Source: Antedon mediterranea
Lineage: Eukaryota > Animalia > Echinodermata
Assembly (NCBI RefSeq): GCF_964355755.1
Contig: NC_092680.1
Coordinates: forward strand, 992,001-1,056,000
Length of the DNA stretch: 64,000 nt
Reading direction: 5' to 3'
Shown here: one piece after another, positions 25,754-37,700 of the stretch
Numbering within the stretch: the stretch's first letter is position 1
How the letters are laid out: every line of letters starts with the position of its first letter
The notes under the pieces: generated by a model
What the model was told of the DNA's origin: nothing
Database searches by the model: none
What the model saw: only the letters and a program-made list of their open reading frames with translations
Program-made: the position numbers and the translations under genes

Positions 25754-28700
25754 GGTAATAAAAATCGTAATAATATACTTGATAGATTTGGCATAGCCTA
25801 TTCGTGACTTTGTTTGTATTAGTTATAAGTGTATTATTCCTTTTATCCTATTTTTTATTTGTTATTGATTGTTTATGATTATGAATGTTATGTTTATTTT
25901 GATGAAATTTTAATCATTTTTATTTTGTCCGTCCTACCCTAGCTAGCTAGCTAGCTAGCTAGGCCAATATAACTACTGTCCGGCTAGCGGCAAATCCCGG
26001 CTAGCCTACCGAATTAAGTAGTAGGCTACTGTAATAATATAATAATAAATACTCCTAGCTTTTTTTTTGCGAATAGCCTATCATCACTGTCAGCTTAATA
26101 AATAGCCGATGCCTACTACTAATACTATACAGCGTGCATCTACTGTACGCCTGGGAAACATATCAAGTAGGCCTATATGTTCATTAATAATGTGTAGGCC
26201 TACAGTAGTTGACATTGCCTGAGTCTATGATATGATCAGAAATAATAAAAAGTAAATAATAAATTCATAAAAAATAGTCCATTATCATAAATGTTGTGTT
26301 CAATGGGATTTAACATGTTTGCTACTTGGTTTAACACAATGACAATTAATTATACCTTTAAGTACTGTACTTAGAAAAGGTAATGAATACTTTTAAAATT
26401 AAAGTATATAAAAATGTGCATAATTTTATTTTAAATTTAACAAGCGTACACAGTATTAATTACGGTACAGTATTTTGGCAGTGGCAAATTTTTATCAATT
26501 AAAAAATGGAATAAATAAAAAACAATGTACATTCATTATAAATTTAAAAAATGATTTTCCTGCCAAACATACAAAAAATGATTTATATTATTATTTTAAC
26601 AATGAACTTTACATTTAATTAAATTAATAATTAAGTGAATTTAAATTGATTTGCAGAACATCGTCCAAACAATTTTAATTAATAATTCTCTGTGACCTTT
26701 AGAAAACTTATTTTCAGTAGAATAAATAGAATAAACATGTTATTGTTAGAATTACCTTTTGGAATTGCATTATATAATTTATTTAGTTTCTTTTCCTGTA
26801 TTGCGACAATAGCAGCCAACTAGCGGTTATGACTACAGTCATTCAAAAACTATAGGAAATTACATAGATCCTCTTGGGTTATAAAATATGTCAAATTGTC
26901 GCACAGATCATAACAACTCAATTGTTAAACAAGGCTGTATCATCACCTTTTTTCCTCAAAGTTTGCTAGTAAATTGTTGATATGCGTGATAAATATTCTA
27001 TCACTGGATCTTTACACAAGAAGCGTAAAAAATCAAAAAGTGGGAATAAGGTGAAATATGTCAATACTACCACCAATTCATTTGGTAAGTATTAAAGTAG
27101 GTGTAAACATTGTGTTTAATCCAATTAGTAATCACAGCCTACAGGGGTTTTGAACTTAATTTTCGACCTCCATTGACTGGTAATAATGACCGTAACCGTT
27201 TGATTGTGTTTGGTAGACTGTAACTTTTTTAACAGACATTTTAATCCTGGCAACTCACAACATTTTCTATTACTGTACTGTAATTGTCAAACCTGGTGAT
27301 GTCTACCATAAGGAGTGACTATAAAGTGTAGTTGGTTACCCTGGAAAGTACAATTTGATTGGTAGGAACCAAATGTATTGTTGAAAAAGTTCCTATAAGT
27401 GTATAGCACGGTACACACATGGATATACCTGTACTGTAGTAAAATTTCATTCTATTGGCATCCATTGTGTAGGTACAGTTAGTGTCCTGTAAGTGTAAGT
27501 GTGTTTTAGTAATTGCATTGAGTGGATAATTGCACTGTACATTCCAACAACTTGTTGAAATATTACCACCCCATGCAGTAATAAAAAGTATGGAAGGCTA
27601 TAAATAGACCAATGGTAAAATAATTTTATTGTATTTATAGGCTCAGCATACAATGCAAACACTGTACAGAACTACATAGTATAATGTTGCAAGACCACAA
27701 ACATTCTTGTCACTTCATGGGAAAGTACAGTATTGAAAATGGTAGAGAAAATATTAGTCAAAATTAAAGGCAGACTGTTGTCTTAAATTGTTATACTGTA
27801 GATTTTTGTTGTATTATTAACAGCACTGATGTGTTATGTGTACAGTGTAGTAAATACATTATACCCACCCACACACTATTTAGATGTCTTTCTGAAATGC
27901 CAAATAACCCTGCTGTTAATATACCATGTTTTATTTTAGTTATAAAACAATACTCACTGCAATTTTACTACAGAAAGTAGTTACAGTGGCGAATCACATT
28001 AAGGTATTTTTTTTTATTTTGGAAATGCTATTTTTAGCAATTTCTGCTACCACGACAAAGTAAAAAGGGGTTAAAGACAGTGGTATGAGGAGTGGTAGTG
28101 CCCCCAACCAAAATTCTGGTGTATAATCTGTAATTTACTGTACAGTATTTTCTTTCTACACAATACAAGTCAAGTGTATTACACAGTTACTGTGTGATCA
28201 ATGCATTTTAATAAGTAACTGTAACTTTATCATAACATTTTAACTTCACACTTTAATTTACAGATTGAACAGAAACACACTGAATATTTTGTTGTGTTCA
28301 GTGTTTTGTTTTTGTACATTGTGGAAATAAGCAGTTGTCCTCAGCACTGTCCAAAGCATGTTGCTGCTGGCACATTATGTTTTAAGTAACATGTTGATAC
28401 TGTACAGTGTATTTACAGTACTGTAATAAGTGACGTCTACAGTATTACATGTCTATAGTAGCTTACCTGTTGATATTGTACAGTGTTTTATTCAACTGTG
28501 ATTATGTTTTCACTCACTGCATCAGCATGGTCTTGTTGAATTATTTTATTGTATTTTTAATGCATTCAACCTACAGTAATGTGGGAATTATTATTACTGT
28601 ACTGTATTTGCTCATTAAATTAGTATTTTTTCTTAATTTATGTTAAAATTAACTAATTTTGTATGCCTTTAGTTTCTTATTTAATTTTCTTTATTATTTT

Positions 28701-28798
28701 TATTTTTCGTTAATTTCATTTCAGGCGTCATTTCTACCATCAACTTTCATTTTTCGCAAATATTTGTTTAGAGATTTACGTTACTCAAAATTGCCACA

Positions 28799-31700
28799 AT
28801 GATGCGTTCAATGAGAGAACGTTTATCTTTCAAAAAGCGAGGGAGAAAACACAAGAAGATAGTCGATGAAGATGCTGCAAAGAAAAGTACATTATTATTT
28901 TTGTTTGCTTTTAAAACTCTCTCTCTAATCTGCGGTGCAACTTCTTTTTGTTATTAACAATTTTTTTCTCATTTTCATTTCTTAATCATTCTACTTTCTG
29001 CCCTTTATGTTGTATGTCTGTTGGCACTATCTATAATTTTAAAGCTTACTTATAAGGAATTTCTGTAAACACTTGGTACGTACAGTAGGCTATAGTAAAT
29101 TAAATCATACTAAATATTGTTTTTGTGCTAAATTGTGATGTTTTGTTCTACAGTACTTGAATGTAATTTTTAATTTTTTTAATGTTTAAACAAGTTTTTT
29201 TATTTATATATAATGATACTGTATACCAATACTATGTCCCATATGTTAAGAATAATTGAATATTAACATGACTTTGTTTGTGTACAAATTTACTATGAAA
29301 TATCTCTTCGTCCAGTCCAGTATTAATTCTGTCACATGTGTCACATGGCCTATGTTGATACTGTTTCCTGTGTGGTGATACATCATCAAATTAAACCTAA
29401 AGTATGACACTGAACAAATTATAGATACATCATTGCCTAACCAGAATGAACAATTTTTAAATAACATCCAACTTCCCTGGACATCCATTCAGAATAAAGT
29501 CAATTCCTTTCAAAAGGCAGTGCATGCATTTGCTGCCATCATAGTTTTTTTAAACGTTCTACAGTATTTGTTCAAGGCACTATAGAATCTAATAAGTTTT
29601 TTAAATATTAAAAAAAATTAGATAACTGTAGTGGTTTGGACGATTCAACTGTTATGTTTCCATTGTATATCTTGGAAAACATTTTTAAAAATAGTACAGT
29701 ACTTTACAGTTAACTACCTGTACCCTCATTCTCTTGGTAACTGCAAATTCAAAGTCTATTTTTAACTTCAATTGTAAAGATTATAACTAGTACAAACTGT
29801 AATCAGGTGAAATAACATTGTACTGCATACAGTACAATACAATGCATTTAGAAATGAGGAAGTTGATTTCTTTCCATACACACATTAACAATTGGCATTC
29901 TCTTTGGTGTTCAGCAAGTTTTTAGCTTTTTATAATGATTGTTGTCAACTTTCCATTGGCAATAGCTTAGTTTGGTTATTTTAAATTGTACACATTTTGC
30001 AAAAGGCATGGTTCCGATAGGTACGGTACGTACGAAAAGGTATGTATGTTGAAACTTTTATAAAAGATTTATTTTTGATTTCTTTTATTATGGTTTGTTT
30101 ATTAATCTTCATGTGATAATCTTTATTCTTACAATACATGATTGCATTGTGATAAATAACGATTTAAATTTCTGTACTGTGGGTGTGGTTTATACTACAT
30201 AATGAATATTATTATTAATTGAAGTATCCAAATTTCCTACTACCTGTTATTGGGTATAGTTTCACATTTTAGTTTACAGTAAAAGGTGCAAGATTGAAAC
30301 AATGTATTGTAAGAAGTTAGAGTTGATAACAAATACTCTGTATGTCTGTGATATACTTCCTCATATTAAATCTTGATACCTAATACTAGTACTATACTGT
30401 GCAGTTGTGTGACATACTTTAAACTGTAAAGGTACTGTAGGCTTTATTTATGTTAACACAGTACACAGGCTTAGAGACATACCCGGCACATGACCGGAAC
30501 AAATAGCACAAAATACAGTAGTAGAACGTGCTACAGTATGTGTAATGTCGATAAAGCGTTAGTAGAGTATACTGAACTAAGTACCGACTATACATTCTTT
30601 AGGATTATCTGTATAGAGACCTGTAAAGTATAGAGACCTGTAAAGTATACAGACAGACAATATCAATATTATTTAATATTAGTGCAGATGAAGCCCAGCA
30701 AAAACTAGGCCAGTGCCAGCATCTGAAGGTATCAAGACAATCACTTGCCATTTAATCATCTAGTTCTAGAGGTGTCAGTATTGAACCGTTAAATTGTTAG
30801 CATAAATATCAACTGATGCCATCAAAAGAAGGGTAATTTAGCGAACCAACTTTTATTTTAACCATGATGGTGAATTTGTATAGTTTTTGCTCATTGCAAT
30901 GTAAGATTAAAATTGAAAGGAAATTAAACTGAGCTGGCATACCAATGCTATCTATTATTATTTATTCTTTTCAAAAGTACTATTAACTTACAAAATTCAG
31001 CATAACAAAAAAAAACTATAAAAGGGGCTGTGAACTTGTCCTTTTTGTCATTTTAGTCAAGGCATTTTGGCATTTATCACATGTACTATACTATCCCAGT
31101 AAAGTACTCTGTAGCTGTTACATTATAGATAGCGCAATATTTAGGCCTACCATGTTGCACAACAATTTTCGACTATAAATAAAAAGATTCAATCGTTAGA
31201 ATGGAATGGGAGAAAATAATGCACGAAATGCTAAATAATTATATAAAACCAACCAATATGAGGATACACATAGGTGTGCTATAATATTCACTGTAAATCA
31301 TCATAAGTTTTTTCAAAAAGTGCATTATCTCTTCAGGTGGTATACTACTTATTAAAGCTCTGTTATAAACATTATTAAGTGCATTATTGTAATGTAAGTA
31401 GGTTTATGCGGACTCATACTGTTGAATGACGGAAGCAAATTGTTTATGGACTCTGGTATATTATATTGAAACCTGATATTTTATCCAAAATCAAAACGTG
31501 TTGTACTATGAACTTGCTAGAATACTGTATACCCACCCAAATTTCTTTTGTACAGAATTAGGATAGTGTTTAACACTGAGCTTAGCTTCGCAAGGAAATG
31601 GCGAAGTAAAAAATTGTCCTTGTTTAATTGTTTGTCTTTTCCTGAATACTTTCATGAAGGTTGTCGATTCTTAATTGTCATGATGTAAAATAGAGTTTAT

Positions 31701-34700
31701 TTGCATTTTGTCTCGCATAGCTACGGTACTATTGTCTTGTTTGTTGTGCAGACAGGTATTTTATTAAACTAACTGTACTGTAGCCCCTTTTTTAACATCC
31801 TATTGTAGGTATCTTTTTGACATATCAGGTAGCGGAAAAATGCACTGTGGTCAGATTATGTGATACAAATCTTAGAAAGTAGGAAACCTTTTGCCATTTA
31901 TCCCCTGACTGATCACTGATATATTATAACAAGTTGTTTGGGTTTAGATCTTTAGATTGATGCTAACAAGAAGCACATCCTAAGTATCATATTCCAGCAG
32001 TTCATGGCAATACAGTACAACATGACACAAAAGTAGTGAACATGTACTCTATCACATGCCGTTCATTAGTAATAGTATGGTAAAAGTACTATTGAATGGT
32101 TCCATTCCATGTTAGTTAATTGCTTTTTGAAATTGTTGACTTATATAGTTACTGTACTACTGTACAACAGACCATCTATTGTATATATTATACAAACAAT
32201 GCAGATTACAATGTCATTGTTAAAACAGATTATTATTAGTTTTAATGTATAATTCATACAGTATTTTAACTGTTTAAATGTATAATTCATACAGTATTTT
32301 AACTGTTTTAATGTATAATTCATACAGTATTTTAACTGTTTTAATGTATAATTCATACAGTATTTTAACTGTTTTAATGTATAATTCATACAGTATTTTA
32401 ACTGTTTTAATGTATAATTCATACAGTATTTTAACTGTTTTCGTTGATTGTTCAAACATTCACAAACTAGTTTGATAAATTTGTCTAGTACTTTTGTATT
32501 GTTGTACATTGTCAATTTCTTCCTCGAAATATGACCTGTTTTATTGTGATTTAATAATTTTCGTAAAGTTTCAGTTTTTGTTTGATAAGACATTTAAATA
32601 GTTTGATGCTTTTAATGATTTTGTTACATGATAGATTAATATATTCTGTAGTTTGTGTGCTGGTTTTATTACAGGTTTTGGTGGAGGTATTTGTATCTTG
32701 TGTACTGTTTTGTATAACTTATTGCTACTATACTAAACACTACATTATCACTGTTCAATGTGTCACTCACTCATACTGCCACTCTCTCTGCACAGTTCTT
32801 ATAGAATCATTGCTTACATTGCAAATTAGTTTTAGTTTTGTTTATGTTTTGTATGTTGTATGTTGTTGTAAATGATTTATGGTATAAACATTGTTAAATT
32901 GAACTAAATGTTGTTAACATTCTATGTGGGATGTGTATGTATTATGTGTACAGTTCTGATTCGTTTCCATATCTTTAAACAGTTTATACTTTTGCCTTTT
33001 TTTATGGTCTTTTTATTTAACTACAGAAACATTTTGACAATGATGCAATTGCTAAAAAATTGTGAAGTTAAAATTGTTTTTTTTTACATTCATATCTTGA
33101 TTGATTTATCTTTTAATTGATCATATCAGAGTACGTCAGTGATCTATGGATTAAATCAAAAAGTATTTTCTCACTCAGTGAGTGAGTGGTCGAGCGGTTA
33201 AGACAGTGGAACCGTAATACATAGCCATAACATAGGCAATGGTTTGAGGCTCACTCGCTCCATAGTTCTGGTGATAGAACGAGTCTTCTCGGATAAGGAC
33301 TACTGTATATAGTACATCTTTTGAGACGAGTAGGGGGTTATCCCGGTGTACTAGTTCACACTCAGCCATCAAACATATCATGGTAATACTATACACTGGG
33401 CTTATTTATTGTAGGTAACGGTTCTCATACCATGGTGGATGATGGAGAGGTAACTAGCACGCAACAGTATGAAGCAGCCTCCTCCTCGCCTCCAGTGACC
33501 ACTCAAACTAAGAAAAAATCACGATGGTCTGTCATTCTGAAACCATGGAAATGGAGAAAGAGGAAGAGTCAGAAGAAGAAAAGGAGTAAAAAAGAAGAAA
33601 GTGAAGGAGAAAAAGCTGCAAAAGAAGGTAAACAAACACATAATAATATACAAGTTTTTGTATAGCACCAAATTCCAACAAATGGATCATTGCTCATGGC
33701 GCTGTGGACTCAGATGTTACACTTTTCAACTACTTGCTTCTGCCCTAATAGTCACGTCAGTGCAGCCACTTTAAGGCGCTCTCTCATCTGTCCATGACAC
33801 AGTGGATGTGTGTGTGTGTGTGAACTAGTACACCTGGGTATGATGCCTGCCACTAATCACTATACAGTCAGCTTTCACATAAGCAGACTTTGAATTTCTC
33901 AAGACATTTACTTCCATGGACTGCTTTGATGACAATACTGGTTTTTAGAGATCTGCACTTCAGTATCCATAGGGCCTGTTCAGACTTAGTTTTCACAAAG
34001 TTTGGTGGTTAGGTCACCAACTGCAATGAATAACTGTATTACTATTTCTCCTATTTAATAATTTAGTCACATATTCTATTCTATACTTTCCTTTCCAGAA
34101 AAAAACAAATTATTACCGGAAGTAAAAGGGCAACAGACAGAAGGAAAAGAGGACAAGGGAGATGACAAGACTCAAACAGAAGGTAAAGGTACACATTTCA
34201 ATTCAAAGTGTTGTCAATATGGCTTGCTACTGTACATAAAGCATAATTACCACAAGTTATCCAGAAGTTAAGCCAGTTCAAGCTCCTATCCTAAAGTTAG
34301 TCCAGAAAGCTAGCCCAAAGTCTAAGAATTTCGGGTTTGGAACATTCATGCCTACCTTGTTTATTTGCCTAAATCATTTGTAGTAATTAAATTTATTTTA
34401 TGATACAATCGTCAACTCCCTTCCTATTTTACAAATACTCACAAGCTTTGTTTTTTTGTTATAACCTTTGTTTTTAATCTTTAAATGTATACATTTCTGT
34501 ATTTTGAGCTTTGTATACAGTATTTCAATAAACAGATGTGTGTGTTTCCACATCCTTCAATCCCATACAGCATTTTAGACTAGAAGCCAAATATGATGTA
34601 TGTCACATTTCCTGAACAGGAACTTGGTTCAATGCTACAGTATGATCTTTGTGGCTTAATATCCATGACTGATCACATTCAGTCTGGTTAAGCATTGTTA

Positions 34701-37700
34701 ATCCACTAATCCTCACCTATGTTATCTCATTACAACATTGAATAAACAGTAAAACCCACCATTTAGTTTATAATACATGCATCAGAGTACATACAAATAA
34801 ATGTGATTATGTTATTGAATTCTAACCAATAGCATTTGTTGACAAATGCATGACTATGAGTAATAACAATAATAAGGATTACATACTAGTATCTGCCTCA
34901 GACGTATTGACCCATGCCTTTCCTCTGGTCAAGGTGGGCACTGGACGAGAGAAGCCCTTGATCAATGTTAGGATCATTCAATGTGATTTAAACAGTCCTG
35001 GCTTTTTTAGAACTTGGACAAACAATTAATGATCTGATTTTAATAACATGAAAACTTTCTCTGACTATTAAACTCAGTAAAAATCATTATGTCACCAAAT
35101 CTACAGGAAACAATGCATGCTTTTAATAATAAATAGTATCAGTTATGATGGGAGGTGTCCACACAGGTTAGGTGTAAACTGTAGTTTTATTTACAGTTTT
35201 GGAAAAAAATGATTATGGTTTATCTCGGCTGATGATTATCACGCTTGAATCTTGTACTGCTCAATTACACTTTATTGATTTTCTGATTTAAGGCAAAAGC
35301 AAAATTTCAGTGTTTATTACCGTTAAGAGTGCAATCTATGCTACTGTAATACGAAGGAAGAAAACTGTTAATTTAGTATTAAAAATGTAGTTATGTATAG
35401 TTTGTTAATCCTCTTTGTGAAAAAGACCCAGATGTTCAATACAGATTATAATAAGCCAGGTAGTCATCTGGGTTTTAAGCTTGATTAAATAATTTAATTT
35501 TGGTATGATTACTTACAGTAGCCAGTAGGCCTATGTCTATATAATTCATTTGCTATGAAATCAATACACATGTTTACATAAATATAATGCACTCATGTCC
35601 TCTGCTACAAAGGGTTTGATTTAGAGTGTTACAGCTACAGTAATATAATGCACTCATGTCCTCTGCTACAAAGGGTTTGATTTAGAGTGTTACATCTACA
35701 GTAATATAATGCACTCATGTCCTCTGCTACAAAGGGTTTGATTTAGAGTGTTACAGCTACAGTAATATAATGCACTCATGTCCTCTGCTACAAAGGGTTT
35801 GATTTAGAGTGTTACATCTACAGTAATATAATGCACTCATGTCCTCTGCTACAAAGGGTTTGATTTAGAGTGTTACAGCTACAGTAATATAATGCACTCA
35901 TGTCCTCTGCTACAAAGGGTTTGATTTAGAGTGTTACAGCTACAGTAATATAATGCACTCATGTCCTCTGCTACAAAGGGTTTGATTTAGAGTGTTACAG
36001 CTACAGTAATATAATGCACTCATGTCCTCTGCTACAAAGGGTTTGATTTAGAGTGTTACAGCTACAGTAATATAATGCACTCATGTCCTCTGCTACAAAG
36101 GGTTTGATTTAGAGTGTTACAGCTACAGTAATATAATGCACTCATGTCCTCTGCTACAAAGGGTTTGATTTAGAGTGTTACATCTACAGTAATATAATGC
36201 ACTCATGTCCTCTGCTACAAAGGGTTTGATTTAGAGTGTTACAGCTACAGTAATATAATGCACTCATGTCCTCTGCTACAAAGGGTTTGATTTAGAGTGT
36301 TACAGCTACAGTAATATAATGCACTCATGTCCTCTGCTACAAAGGGTTTGATTTAGAGTGTTACATCTACAGTAATATAATGCACTCATGTCCTCTGCTA
36401 CAAAGGGTTTGATTTAGAGTGTTACAGCTACAGTAATATAATGCACTCATGTCCTCTGCTACAAAGGGTTTGATTTAGAGTGTTACAGCTACAGTAATAT
36501 AATGCACTCATGTCCTCTGCTACAAAGGGTTTGATTTAGAGTGTTACATCTACAGTAATATAATGCACTCATGTCCTCTGCTACAAAGGGTTTGATTTAG
36601 AGTGTTACAGCTACAGTAATATAATGCACTCATGTCCTCTGCTACAAAGGGTTTGATTTAGAGTGTTACATCTACAGTAATATAATGCACTCATGTCCTC
36701 TGCTACAAAGGGTTTGATTTAGAGTGTTACAGCTACAGTAATATAATGCACTCATGTCCTCTGCTACAAAGGGTTTGATTTAGAGTGTTACAGCTACAGT
36801 AATATAATGCACTCATGTCCTCTGCTACAAAGGGTTTGATTTAGAGTGTTACATCTACAGTAATATAATGCACTCATGTCCTCTGCTACAAAGGGTTTGA
36901 TTTAGAGTGTTACAGCTACAGTAATATAATGCACTCATGTCCTCTGCTACAAAGGGTTTGATTTAGAGTGTTACAGCTACAGTAATATAATGCACTCATG
37001 TCCTCTGCTACAAAGGGTTTGATTTAGAGTGTTACATCTACAGTAATATAATGCACTCATGTCCTCTGCTACAAAGGGTTTGATTTAGAGTGTTACAGCT
37101 ACAGTAATATAATGCACTCATGTCCTCTGCTACAAAGGGTTTGATTTAGAGTGTTACAGCTACAGTAATATAATGCACTCATGTCCTCTGCTACAAAGGG
37201 TTTGATTTAGAGTGTTACATCTACAGTAATATAATGCACTCATGTCCTCTGCTACAAAGGGTTTGATTTAGAGTGTTACAGCTACAGTAATATAATGCAC
37301 TCATGTCCTCTGCTACAAAGGGTTTGATTTAGAGTGTTACAGCTACAGTAATATAATGCACTCATGTCCTCTGCTACAAAGGGTTTGATTTAGAGTGTTA
37401 CAGCTACAGTAATATAATGCACTCATGTCCTCTGCTACAAAGGGTTTGATTTAGAGTGTTACAGCTACAGTAATATAATGCACTCATGTCCTCTGCTACA
37501 AAGGGTTTGATTTAGAGTGTTACAGCTACAGTAATATAATGCACTCATGTCCTCTGCTACAAAGGGTTTGATTTAGAGTGTTACATCTACAGTAATATAA
37601 TGCACTCATGTCCTCTGCTACAAAGGGTTTGATTTAGAGTGTTACAGCTACAGTAATATAATGCACTCATGTCCTCTGCTACAAAGGGTTTGATTTAGAG

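Noticed and set aside
32141-32593. Repetitive 150 aa ORF ([11 protein letters not shown] repeats)
   Set aside because: It is a by-product of a 33 bp minisatellite that is open in several frames.
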